DNA of 64,000 nucleotides from Eukaryota sp. GEM-RC1 (GCA_040285855.1 JAUFOQ010000002.1:806001-870000); one strand, 5' to 3'; shown: positions 1 to 11,434, numbered from the stretch's first letter. The notes: generated from the sequence alone by a model not told the origin. A program made the numbers and translations.

Positions 1-49
1 TTTCAACCAACAATAGACATATTGTCGGTAACTCACAGAACAATAAATA

Positions 50-152
50 TAGGGTTGTAATTTGAGTCGAGTCGAGTCAGGCTGACTCACGAAATACAAG
101 AGAGACTCAACTCGAAACTCGTGAGTTTGACTCGACTCAAATTACAAGCCTA
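50..152. mobile_element. 103-bp hAT-type MITE
   Basis: 24-bp TIRs at 50-73 (TAGGGTTGTAATTTGAGTCGAGTC) and 129-152, matching 23/24. Perfect 8-bp TSD AATAAATA at 42-49 and 153-160. GAGTC/GACTC subterminal repeats. Confidence 0.9.
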
Positions 153-329
153 AATAAATACATGTTTATTACAATAAATACAATTTAAACACTTGTATAT
201 TTTTTCTCACCACTGATTCTGACACTGGTGAATTGTGACCATGAATATCACACTTGAAAAATACACCAAACACTATTTAATGTACAAGTATTTTTGTATT
301 TTTCCAATAAAAACGCCTGTATTTTTACA

Positions 330-965
330 AGTATGGTGATTATTATTACATCAATGCCTACATCTCTACCAAAGGGTTCCTACATTCAGTGGTCAATGGG
401 TTTCCCTTTTCCCTAAATGTTATTCTGTTCCCTCACAAAAGTCATTCAACATTCCTAGCTAATGAACACAGTGGAGTTTATAGATATATCATTGTCAACT
501 CATCAAAACCATGTGTTAATGACAAACAAAACTGATGTTGAGCTGACTCTTTCGAAGGTTTCACACAAACTGCAGGAGTAACACAAGTTGTTGAAAATGG
601 ACTTTCCACTTCCCCTACAGGCACAATATCCTCGAGATAAATCAGCGTAGCCTACTTCCATAGTAATTGACTTGTCCCTGAAGAGACCTAAGGTGAAACA
701 ATTGACTGCATACCTTTCTCAATGTATCTAATAGTTGCTAGATCTCCATCAAAGACCATGCGTGCAGTTTCCTTCGGGAAAATGGTCCGTGGAGGTTGAT
801 CGATCCAGTAACCTTTGATAAACTGAGGATGAGACTCATACCCTGTTCCACTACTTTGGAATTGAGGCGAAGTTCAGCTCTCCTGTTGTCATTGTGGATA
901 GTGACGGTGTAGCGAGCACAGAAACTCAACCCGATAAAAAGTAGAAGAATTGACAGTTGTCGCAT
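330..965 (-). pseudogene. Decayed secreted/surface-protein-like gene
   Basis: The ORF starts with a signal-peptide-like MRQLSILLLFIGLSFCA and stops after 75 aa. Protein-like sequence continues downstream with stops. No family recognised, and the lower boundary is approximate. Confidence 0.3.
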
Positions 966-1147
966 TCAATTAGGAATTTTTCAAGAATAAAGAAAAAACT
1001 TTAAATTAATATATATAAGTAGCGTTCTTGTGAGATCAATTTTGATTTTGCAACAACACCGTTCTTGTGGTAGCGATGCTGAACTTTTAGCTTTCTACTT
1101 CTAGTAATCTGAAGAATTTTTGAAGATTATATTCCACAAATTAGAAG

Positions 1148-2508
1148 CATAGCTGAAAAATACAAATTAGTCGATTTTTGTATTTTGACTCAGGGAACGC
1201 TAATTAATATTTGTATTGCAATATTTAAATAAATATTGGGAAAACTATAAATACAGTGTATTGGCTATTTCAGAAATGCAATATTTAAATAAATATGATT
1301 AAAGTCATATTCTTAGAGATGAGCACAAAACACACACATTTGACCTGAAATGCCGTTGTTCATCGACGTTAGGTTGTTCCTTATTTATCATTTGTTTCGA
1401 TATCACATTGATGTCAGAAAAACCAATAATACGTAAGGTAAAATAACATGTATCTGGACTATATTTCCATAAATCTTTCCATAAAACTATGACAGCGACA
1501 TGACTGTGTAGCAAAGGTGAACTATTTATTTATATCCAATCACAATATCATATTTGTTTAAATATTCCCTGTTTTGACTGTATTTTTGTAAAATACAAGC
1601 GTGTCTCAACAATGTACTTTCTTGGATTTTTGTATTTTTATATCTCCGTATTTTTGACTGAAATTGATTGCCTATCGTTGTTTGTCGCTCTGAAGATGAT
1701 AGTCAAACATACGAAAGTGCTTCGTAATAGTAAATCCAACAGTTGTGGGTACTTTGTCCAAACTTTGGTTTTCAAGTGATACCTTCAGTACAAAGGGAAA
1801 GGGAAAGATATTTATAAATGAATTATAATGACTATGTAACCATACTAATACCTTTGGCTAACACAAGTGTTTCGTATATCTTTTTCAATAGATTTTGTCA
1901 AACTCATACTGTCTTTCTTGGTACTGGAAGTCAAGCAGACATCAATATAGGCATTTTGGATTAGTAGATTACACTTGTGCTTCAGTTGTTGTGATTATCG
2001 TTGAGATTATCAATAAATTACCACATGTCATTATAAAACACCATTCACCTGAAATATGCACCTCATCTACTTGTTCTCCGACCAGGACTAACAAGTTAGA
2101 CCAGGTATTCTTGGTTACTGCACTGGTCACAATCAATAGTCTCAGTGGAAAATTCTTTTCACTGGAATTGATTTATGTTTTACTTCATTTGGGACCGTTT
2201 GGAGGCTAATACCGTCAAATGCAAAATAGTTCAAGTGAGACTACTAGTGTACAATGTACAAGATGGATTTGTAGTGTTCCAAGAAGAGGAAGATTCACTT
2301 CCTAAAGTAGTACATGTATCAGCACTATTAATAATACCATAATTCATCTGTTTGCTTATCCACATAAATTCAACTTCATGTGTTGGAGTTTATCTGTGTA
2401 TTAGTAAATCTTTTTTTATTACTTGTATTTTTGTATTTTCATGTGTATTTTTGTATTTTAATATTATTGTATTTTTAGAACAGGTGTTGCTTGTATTTGA
2501 CAGCTATG
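1148..2508. mobile_element. Non-autonomous hAT-type element, CATAGCTG family, copy 1
   Basis: Termini CATAGCTGAAAAATACA...TGTATTTGACAGCTATG (15/17 inverted match). Perfect 8-bp TSD ATTAGAAG at 1140-1147 and 2509-2516. TGTATTTT subterminal repeats shared with the copy at 4689. Confidence 0.88.
1191..1571. mobile_element. hAT-type MITE nested in the CATAGCTG element
   Basis: Termini CAGGGAA...TTCCCTG. Perfect 8-bp TSD TTTTGACT at 1183-1190 and 1572-1579. Internal GCAATATTTAAATAAATAT direct repeats. Confidence 0.8.
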
Positions 2509-3378
2509 ATTAGAAGTAGCCACCTCTCAAAGAATTATTATTTGTCACGGGTACAAAAGGATAAATACTGTTGCAGAGCAGTATGGAGAAATACAAAAAC
2601 GACAACAATTGATCACGTTTGTGGAACTAATGGGGGTTGGCTGAGAACTTTTTTTGACAAGTTGTTTTTATGGAACAAAAACACTACTAGTAAGATAAAC
2701 ACAAATATAAGAACTCAATATCATTAAAGCAACAATCATTGCCATTAAAACTCACATCAGCTTTTTCTTCATAAAACATACTGAAAGCAAACAGAGCTAT
2801 TTTGTCTATCTGATAACTTGTTCAATAATCAATTAGCCACACAATTAGAATCAAACAGAATTGCCAAATTGAAAGACCTAATCTAAGACTGTCACAGAGA
2901 CCCAAAATCAGTTAGAACCCGAGAAACCATTCTCCTAGACAAAACAAATGTCACCACCACGAATTTTAATTGAGTGTAGCGATGAAAACAAATTCATATC
3001 TATTATACGATTTTTTTCGTTGCTGTTAACACAATGCAAACGTTCTGTAATACACATTCTAACAATACTTAACCCAAACTCGAAACTACAAATAAAAGTC
3101 ACAGACTGTATTTCACAATCTATAAACATCTACATGTGAAATATATAATAGAATAATCGAAAACAAATAACTAAAACGACCTTTTGTCTCTCTTGCTATT
3201 TAACACTACCCCAAAAACTAAAACCATTTGCTAAAAAAATATTCACTGAGGGCATATCTGTCCAAACAATAACTAAAGTTAATGAGAAATAAAGAATCTG
3301 AATAAACAATGTCCAAGTCACCAAAGGTTTGAGCCCAATCACTGCAACTCTTTGAATCTAACTACGAGACAGAGAGGT

Positions 3379-4011
3379 CTACGAAGAGACAGTGGTTCCC
3401 TTTTTCTGAGTCAACAGCTTTCTCTCAGCCTCTGTTCCATGTCTTAACCCTGAACCATCTTGCTTCAACGCATAAGAAATAGAAATAGGTCGGCCTGCAA
3501 TTGTTTGTCCATGTAACTCCTGAAGAGCCCTATCGGAATTATCAAAGGAATCAAACGAAACAAATGCAAAACCTCTTGAAGTACCAGTATCTGGATCTCT
3601 CATTACTCTAGGAGGAATGGGCATGTACCCAAAGTGACTGAAGAGATTATAGAGATGAACTTCGTCTACTGAAGGAGCTAAATTAGACACATGAAGATTA
3701 GCGCCAATTTCGACTTCGGCTTCTTCTCTGTGTGCTTTGTTTACACGAATGGGTTTGTTGAATAGACGTATCATGTTCATTATTCTGATAGCATAGTCAG
3801 CGTCTTCCTCACTTCGAAATTCTACGAATCCAAAGCCTTGGTGAGAGTTGGTGAGAGGGTCTTTTGGCATATGGACATTGACAACAGGGCCAGCTTGGAG
3901 AAACAGCTCGTAAAGAAGTGGTTCATCAGTTTGAGGATCAAGATTACCAACATAAATGGTGGCTTCCTGATTTCGAGTATCATAGTTTGCAGTGTATTTG
4001 TTTGTGCTCAT
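3379..4011 (-). CDS. SF3B4: Splicing factor 3B subunit 4 (SAP49/Hsh49)
   Basis: Two RRMs with diagnostic [55 protein letters not shown] and [10 protein letters not shown]. Confidence 0.95.
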   Translation of the reverse strand: MSTNKYTANYDTRNQEATIYVGNLDPQTDEPLLYELFLQAGPVVNVHMPKDPLTNSHQGFGFVEFRSEEDADYAIRIMNMIRLFNKPIRVNKAHREEAEVEIGANLHVSNLAPSVDEVHLYNLFSHFGYMPIPPRVMRDPDTGTSRGFAFVSFDSFDNSDRALQELHGQTIAGRPISISYALKQDGSGLRHGTEAERKLLTQKKGTTVSS

Positions 4012-4688
4012 GAGAAAATCTTCAAGAGAAAATGATCTTTTACAAAATCGAAGGACCTCATTGACATCCTCTGTTTACAAAATCGGGTCACTCTTCATTA
4101 CTCTTACAAAACAGGGTCATCAAACATCTTTCAAGTTTTCTGTATCTACTGGACATCACTGTTCTCAAACTTCATTCACTGTTCTCTTCAGCTACATGCC
4201 TTATTGGCTTAAAAATATAAAACTAGTATACTCTACATGAGAATCCGGTCAAGTGGTGATGGTTCTCCAACATAGTTGTCGAAATCCCATTCCTCCATCA
4301 GTCTTTCCTCGACTTTGGACGGTTCGTTATCATCATCTTCAACAACATCCAAATTTGGAATATGACTTTCCAATTACTTCTCTAACTTGAAAGTCATACT
4401 TGGAATGCCAAAGTTTTTCAGCAGCTGTTAATGGATTAGAAGAAGAATCTAACAGTACCCTTAGTAAATTTACTATTACTCTTTACATACATCAAGAGAA
4501 CAATACAGTCTATTACGGTATCTTTATAGGCAAATTTTGGTTCTTCCACTAAGGAGTTTCTAGACTTGTTTGATCAAATTTGTTTCCGATTGATCAAATT
4601 TTGAATACAAACTTTGACTGAGTTTAGCAACATTTTTAAATATATAATAGTGATAAAACCGGGTTCAGACTTTAGTGAAGTTCGAACA

Positions 4689-5366
4689 CATAGCTGAAAA
4701 ATACACTTTTGTGTATTTTTGTATTTTTAGTGTATTTTTGTATTTTTGTAAAATACAACTGTGTCTCAAAAGTGTATTTTTTGTATTTTTGTCTTTTTTG
4801 AACGAATTTCGCTAGATTTCAACATTTCTCTGATTGTACTATCTAAACCGTTGAAAGCCATGGTTAGTATGTGTAGATCAATCAACTAACGGCATTCAGT
4901 TGGTAAATTACTTCTCTCAACAATTATGATACAACCCTCTCCTAGTAAAACCCCTCCTGTCAACTATTCTTTACGTCACGTCAAGGGTGGGAATCCTCTT
5001 TGGAGTATGGTTGCTGTCAGCAACCCCAAAGGGACCTCCCAATATATAGCAGTGATCTAATGATGAATTGTTTCTCCCCTGAAGCTGGAAAGCCACGGCG
5101 TAAAAATAGATCACGTATTATGAAGATGAGAGAAGACGAAAATCTGTTAGAAAGTGAAGAATCAGTTTTCTAACTCAAGAGTATTGTAGTCACAAACCTA
5201 CTTAGCTTATTCCAATAATTTGAGCAACAAACAACAAATAGTTATTGTTTTTAATAAATCAATTTTTATTACTTGTATTTTTGTATTTTCGTGTGTAATT
5301 TTGTATTTTTGTATTTTTGTATTTTTGTATTTTTCAAACACGTGTTGGTTGTATTTGACAGCTATG
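4689..5366. mobile_element. Non-autonomous hAT-type element, CATAGCTG family, copy 2
   Basis: Same termini as 1148-2508. Perfect 8-bp TSD TTCGAACA at 4681-4688 and 5367-5374. Confidence 0.9.
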
Positions 5367-6979
5367 TTCGAACACTGCCCATTAGAAGAGTATATTTGAT
5401 TTTTCACTCTTTATGTCAATGTAAGGAAGTTTTTCAAACCTCTACAAACTTTGTAGCTTTAAGCTCCAATCTGTTGCTGAAAGTATCCATCTTTCACAAT
5501 GGTGCTGGGACTTTTCTGAAGATTGATGGTGATTTGCATTAAAGGATGAAGACAAGGTTTCAAGGTTTGAGAAACTTTGTTTTTGGAACTGAGGCAGGGC
5601 ACACGGAAAAATATTAGAGATAGGTTTCAGTGTTAAGAAGGAACGATTTTAATTTAGACACAGTTTTCTATTCAACGAGAATGGTCAAACCAAAGCGATG
5701 TTTTCCAACAGTTACCGAACAACAGCAAAGAAATTTTCACATATTTGGAAAGTTTCAGGGTTGGAAGAATACAATCAATACCGCGGGATTAGCGGTTTTG
5801 TGTTAAGAAGAGTAGAACGTTTTAAACCAGTTTAGTCTGGCTCTATTGCGACAGGGTAATGAACTTTGTCAAGCCCAGAAAGGAGAAACGCCTTGTACTA
5901 TTTACACTTACAAATGCAGAATACCATCAATATTTACAAAGGAGCTAAGACCACTACATCATCTCATATTCTTGCTCAATTCAAAGAGACAATTTGAAAT
6001 CGAATCAAACATAGTTTAGAAAGTGTACGCTTCTCTACTGCAATGAGTTCTGTATCTAGTCTCTGTACATGATAAAGACCATACTGACGTTGCAAATATG
6101 ACGGACTGCAACATGTTGCAGTTCTCACCTTCATAGGTTGTCCAGTGAGAGAGCAAAAAAATATATAAATAATTTTTTATTTTCTGTTTTCATAAAATAA
6201 ATAATGAAGAAACCCAACTTGAAAAATAAATAAAATATCATTATTTATTGTAAATATTTAAATACAAATATTTTTCCGTAGGCCCTGAACTGAGGTTTGA
6301 AAAAGTTTGTTTTAGAGTTGTTTTAGGGTGTTTTAGGGGGGGAGTAATTTCTCCAAAATTATTTTCAAGACTTACTTATTTTCATTACATTTGGGAGGGA
6401 GGGTGGGTTTTCTTCCTCTCGTGTACACCTCTTTGAACATTCCCAATGTAGGATGAGTTCCAGCTCTCCTCTCTCTACACCGCTCCAATTGCACCGCTCC
6501 AATGTATTGTGGGTTCTTCTGTATCTCCAATTCCGTTCCGTTCAGACTTCACTAAAGATTTGATTGCAAAGGGATTGGGGATGACGTAGTTGTAGTTGTA
6601 GTTTTCTATGTATTTTGAACGGGGCCAATGTCTTTTGATTGTTGAGCCTAGTCATGTGGGGTTTTCCTTCTTTATTCGTTTTCACTGTGTGATTTTGAAT
6701 TTAGAATGAAAGTCTCATGAGAAGAGTCATGACCATGTTTCTAATAAAAAAAGATTAATAGTTCAATAATTTTATGTTCAGTACCTGGCTGGTACTATTT
6801 GACTTTTAAACTTCCCTTCTAATTCAAAAAGAGTATAGTTCGAAAACCAGTTTAAAAGCGATCTGTTGCATTGATTTACGGCTGTGATTTTCTTGTCGAC
6901 TGTAGGTAGAATTAATACCAATAGATATCCGACAGTGTAAATCCAATTTAATGCCGGGTTTCTCTCTTAATTCGCAAAC

Positions 6980-7477
6980 ATGCCAAGACACTCAACTGAA
7001 TCCGGACATATAAGTAAAACTTCCACCAAGTTCAAGCCTAGAACTCATATTCTGTTTTCTCAGGAAAATGAAAGGTCAAAAACAAGCAGGGAATTTGCAA
7101 CTGATCTAGCAGCAACCCTTGGTGTAACAGCGGAACACGCAAATGAATTCGACACTGGAAAATTACACGATATTTCCAATTTGATCCTCATTATTGATGG
7201 ACATGAAAGAGAACCTCATGGTGATTCAAACCATTTTTTCAAGTTTCTTGCTGATGAGAGACCAGATCTTTCTCATGTCCATTTTTCCGTTTTTTCTACA
7301 GGAAATAGAAACAGAATCGGAAGTAATGTTCTGGCTCAACGATTCAGTGAAAAACTAGAAAGATGTAAGGGAAAAAGAACAGTTTGTGTATTTGGTGATT
7401 CGTCAAAGGAAGACCTATTGAACCAATTCATAACATTTAAAAACAATGTGCTTCAAGACTTGGGAGAAGATGTGTAG
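6980..7477 (+). CDS. Stand-alone flavodoxin-like protein (divergent)
   Basis: The pattern HILFSQ...SREFATDLA, LILII..G..EP..DS..FFKFL, PDLSHVHFSVFSTGNR and AQRFSEKLERCKGKR follows the flavodoxin_1/diflavin-reductase FMN domain. The FMN phosphate loop is degenerate. Confidence 0.65.
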   Translation: MPRHSTESGHISKTSTKFKPRTHILFSQENERSKTSREFATDLAATLGVTAEHANEFDTGKLHDISNLILIIDGHEREPHGDSNHFFKFLADERPDLSHVHFSVFSTGNRNRIGSNVLAQRFSEKLERCKGKRTVCVFGDSSKEDLLNQFITFKNNVLQDLGEDV

Positions 7478-7559
7478 ACAAGTAATGTTGTCATTCTTCT
7501 GGTTTGATGTTGAATAAAACTTCTCAAAAAACGTTTAATTGATTTCAAGAACTGTTTTT

Positions 7560-7815
7560 AACAACAAGAGTATCAATGTAATGAAACAATAAAACTAGAA
7601 TTCGATATCATTGAAACAACACCCGTCGCTATCAATTCGTTTAACAGCTTTGTCTCCATTAAAGGAAGTCACATCTAGTAAAACATTGGAGATGATTAGG
7701 GGAATTGTTTTCAGAACAGTCAAAACGATACAATTCAACCATAACATGCGATCAAACGTTTGTTCATCCTACATTTTTACAATTTTGCCGAAATCGTTTA
7801 AAAAAGAACTAGACG
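7560..7815 (-). mobile_element. 3' fragment of RLE-type non-LTR retrotransposon
   Basis: Shares GATATCATT(G/A)AAACAACACCCGTCG(C/G)TATCAA and flanking sequence with copies near 18940 and 31890. Encodes the ORF C-terminus DKAV..xDSDGCCFNDIxF. Confidence 0.75.
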
Positions 7816-7994
7816 AATGTTGTTTATCTATTTTATCTATTTTATACACAATCTGTTCTTAAGACTTGTTATTGACTGACAACGATTTTCCCAAAATACA
7901 AAACATAGAGCTACTATCCAATTGAGAAAATCTCTAGTCTAAGTCTATTAAATGACGGTTTTTGCTTGTATTTGACTTAACTTTTGTATAACTG

Positions 7995-8990
7995 ATGTCA
8001 CACACCTTCCACCTTTCAGATTCCATTAAGACTTCACACAGAGAATCCAAATGTCTCTGTGTTACTCCTTCATCACTCTTTGTTGGTGGGGATTTCAGTG
8101 ATCCCACTATCTATGAATATGCATTCGATCTTGATTCAGACCACTATGAAATCCAAAGTACGCTCATCGGTCACACTGGTTTTGTTACCAGATTAATCTT
8201 TCTAGAACCATCAGCTTCATGGCCTTCTGGTCGATTAATCTCTTCTTCAGGTGACAACAGCATCATAGTCTGGGATCTCAGTACTTCTAATCCCTGTGGA
8301 GTTTTACATGGACACACCAATGTAGTATCTTCTATATCTATTTCCTCTGGATCTCTCTTCTCTGGTTCATGGGACGGAACTATTAGAAAATGGGATATTG
8401 AAACACTTCTCTGTACAGCTGTATTAAAAGGACATTCTAGCCCAATACAGGACGTTCTTGCCATCTCCCCTGATGAAGTACTCTCATGTAGCAGTGACAA
8501 AACAGTGAAACTGTGGTGTCATAGTACAGTTATAGAGACCATTTCAGGACATCCTGAAATTGTTCGCCGAATCCAACCTACCTCTGAACCTGATGTCTTT
8601 GTGACAGTTTCACATGACGGAGGTGTGCGCTTTTGGAACCTTCGTACTCAAGTCTGTCTAGAATCACTCTTTATTCACAACCATTTTGTCTATGCTGTTT
8701 CAGTTGGTTCTTTTGACATTGGTGTTGTCAAGGAGGTTGTTGTTTCAGGAGGGGAAGACCAAATGGTCAAGATTACCGTAGATAAGAAACTAGTGCAAGA
8801 GATCAAGTATCCTCAAGTGGTTTGGGATATTTCTTTTATGCCTAATGGAGATTTTGCTGTTGCGTCAGCTGATGGTTGTGTAAGAATATTCACATTGGAT
8901 AGTACTAGAAAGGCAACTCAAACTGTACAACTTGAATTTGATCGATTGGTTGAGGAAAGTCATATTCAACGAGCTCTTCATTCGTCATAA
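7995..8990 (+). CDS. PLAA: PLAA/Ufd3/Doa1-like WD40 protein (propeller only)
   Basis: WD repeats GHTGFV, GHTNVVSS and SGSWDGT. The C-terminal VWDISFMPNGDFAVASADGCVRIFT...R matches the last blade of PLAA/Doa1. No PFU or PUL domain. Confidence 0.7.
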   Translation: MSHTFHLSDSIKTSHRESKCLCVTPSSLFVGGDFSDPTIYEYAFDLDSDHYEIQSTLIGHTGFVTRLIFLEPSASWPSGRLISSSGDNSIIVWDLSTSNPCGVLHGHTNVVSSISISSGSLFSGSWDGTIRKWDIETLLCTAVLKGHSSPIQDVLAISPDEVLSCSSDKTVKLWCHSTVIETISGHPEIVRRIQPTSEPDVFVTVSHDGGVRFWNLRTQVCLESLFIHNHFVYAVSVGSFDIGVVKEVVVSGGEDQMVKITVDKKLVQEIKYPQVVWDISFMPNGDFAVASADGCVRIFTLDSTRKATQTVQLEFDRLVEESHIQRALHSS

Positions 8991-9799
8991 ACTCTTGTAA
9001 ATGTTGCATTTTGCACTGTACTACATTGTATTAGTTTCATTAGCGATTCGCAATGTAATCGCTAATTAGTGTGACATTAAATAGTGTAAATCCGGCATAG
9101 ATTCGAGGCTACTATTAAGATGACATTCGACCGTGTTTCGGGAAAAGATGTTGGATCAAAATCAATACAAATATTGACCAACTGTTGTAGCATTTGGTTT
9201 CGTTTAAGTACGCATCGCTAGACCTCAAAACCCTGCTGTTGTTATCTCCAACGAAGATAATTGGGATTCTGATGGTATTACGGACTAGATAAGCTGTAGA
9301 CTAGACCTGTAGTTAGACGTGCAATTAAACATCACTCAAATGTCCATAATTTTTGATAAAACACAACGGAAAATAGTCTGGGTGTTTTTATGGGACTAAT
9401 ATACCCAATGATCAATAGGTTTGCGCAATGAATAGTACTAAACAATGTTAAAGTAATCTTATAATTACAGTAGTTGCATTAGATAATTAGTCTCAATGAG
9501 ACTAACTAGACAAACCAGTGTAACGTCCATCACCTTGTATTTACATTGTGATCTGTCTCAGAACAAGATGGTAGGTTTCTACTTAAATCGATTGTTGATT
9601 AGTTGACTGATTGTAAAGACCAAGATCATTGGTTCATAATCATTCTTCTGTTTAATCGATACTAACACACAACAAAATAGTAGAGATAAATGTAGAGATG
9701 CTTATCAACCAATTGTCAAGAAATAATACAATCAATTTAAATTAAATGTATTAAAAAAGAACACCGATTGAAAAACCAGCAGAATAAACATTACAAAAG

Positions 9800-10582
9800 T
9801 CAAACAGCAACAGATTCAGCAGAGATCGTCTGAGACAACACATCCTCATGCAAGCTATACTCCTCCTCTTCCGTATCCTCGTCACTTGATTCTGAATCAG
9901 TGGACCTGTCTTCAAGTCGTAATCGAGACATAACGAAATCATCAGAGAACAGAAGAGAGCAAACAGAGGATCGTTGAATAGGTAGGATTTGCTTGAGCTT
10001 ATCACAAATGGCAGTGATGGAGCCGAAGGAATTCCAATCGAGGCATAGAACACGTGATCCTGAGTGTCTCATATACTCAACAAAGTTGTTGTAGTTACGA
10101 TCCAAGGCTTCGAGATAATCGAGGGGGATACCAGCTTCACAACTCCTCGCTCTAGAGAGAATCCGTTGTTGACAAACGATGGGATCTGTTTGCAAGAAGA
10201 TTGTGGATTCGGGTATGGGTAGCAAATTCAACATTTGAGATCGAAGGGTTGAGTAGTAATCATAACCTTCCTCTGAAATGTTTCCTTGCTCAACATTGGT
10301 GACGGCAAATACTGAATCGGAGAAGATGGAACGATCGAGAACAACAGTCTGACCAGTTGAAACGGCGTGTCGTAAAGCTCCAACGTATAGAATGAAACGC
10401 TGACGGAGGAGATATAATTGCATTTTGAGCCCATACTTCTTGGGGTTTTGGTAAAACTTAGCAAGGTAGGGATTAGTGACAGTTGGCTCATAGAACACTC
10501 TGGCATTGAGAAAGGCGCCAAGAGTCTGTGCAAGAGTGCTTTTTCCTGCCGAAATGTTACCCTCTAAGATGACAACCGACAT
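9800..10582 (-). CDS. Deoxynucleoside kinase (dNK family)
   Basis: ATG at 10582 (MSVVILEGNISAGKSTL, P-loop). Motifs YEP, YLAKFY, LDRSIFSDSVF, lid RILSRARSCEAGIPLDYLEAL. Confidence 0.9.
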   Translation of the reverse strand: MSVVILEGNISAGKSTLAQTLGAFLNARVFYEPTVTNPYLAKFYQNPKKYGLKMQLYLLRQRFILYVGALRHAVSTGQTVVLDRSIFSDSVFAVTNVEQGNISEEGYDYYSTLRSQMLNLLPIPESTIFLQTDPIVCQQRILSRARSCEAGIPLDYLEALDRNYNNFVEYMRHSGSRVLCLDWNSFGSITAICDKLKQILPIQRSSVCSLLFSDDFVMSRLRLEDRSTDSESSDEDTEEEEYSLHEDVLSQTISAESVAV

Positions 10583-10762
10583 ATTGAATAATGGAGAGGC
10601 ATTATGAAAAGGAAGAGTTTGTAGATCAATAAAATTGTTGTGCGACAATAAAATTGTCTGTTCCAACCTCCACCTAGACGTTCCTTCAACAACTTCTCAC
10701 TTTTCCTACTCTAACTGCTGAAGTACGCTGATGGCTCCTACTTACTCCTTGAATTTTCACAT

Positions 10763-11434
10763 TCACATTTTATTGTTACTGGCAACAGACAAATCAAATC
10801 CTAGAAATTGAGGACTTCCATTGAAGGAAAATCCTGTACTGATATACTTGTTTTGAACTCCCAAACGGATTCCACTTTGTGTTTTCCGAAAGTTATCTCG
10901 TCTCCTTATCGTCCCCACAGATACCTTTACATCTTTGTGTCTAAATCTCAGTTCATAGCTAGACGTAGTACTTCTAGTACTGTTGTCAAAGAAGTTCTGA
11001 TTTGTTATGCTGTTTGTTTCTAGTTCTATGTTCTTCATTTTTAGATCTGTTTTTACAGAAATAAAACATCCTGCACGAGAATTGGCGCCTGCTTCTAGTG
11101 TTAGATGATTGGTAACAGCAGTTAAACATCCGTAAAAGACTGATTGTTTGCCTTTTGGATTAATTGTCCCAATGTCTAAGCCCCATCTTCGATTACGAGA
11201 CCTGGGAGTTGACAAATCTAACATATAATGTGTTGGTGTGGAGGACCAAATATCAAACAATGACATCATTTTGCATTCCATGATATTAAGCAAAGGAAAC
11301 GCATAACGAAGGAATATCTGTGTTGGTCTGTGGTGATTAAAATGAATTCCAGAAGACAAGTTTCGTGTACGTGAAACTATTGATATCAAAGAGGGATAGT
11401 TATCAAACTCAACACAACAGTTGATAGGAGACAT
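10763..11434 (-). CDS. Hypothetical beta-strand-rich protein
   Basis: 223-aa ORF with many alternating hydrophobic/polar segments and C-terminal FLGFDLSV. No confident family. Confidence 0.5.
   Translation of the reverse strand: MSPINCCVEFDNYPSLISIVSRTRNLSSGIHFNHHRPTQIFLRYAFPLLNIMECKMMSLFDIWSSTPTHYMLDLSTPRSRNRRWGLDIGTINPKGKQSVFYGCLTAVTNHLTLEAGANSRAGCFISVKTDLKMKNIELETNSITNQNFFDNSTRSTTSSYELRFRHKDVKVSVGTIRRRDNFRKTQSGIRLGVQNKYISTGFSFNGSPQFLGFDLSVASNNKM

Noticed and set aside
6300..6435. TTTTAGGG-like telomeric-looking repeats
   Set aside because: Only 2-3 degenerate units. More like a MITE subterminal remnant.
9039..9066. Perfect 10-bp hairpin after the WD40 gene (and an 11-bp one at 37535-37562)
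   Set aside because: Isolated, with no Helitron-type CTRR end or second copy. Could be chance in AT-rich DNA.
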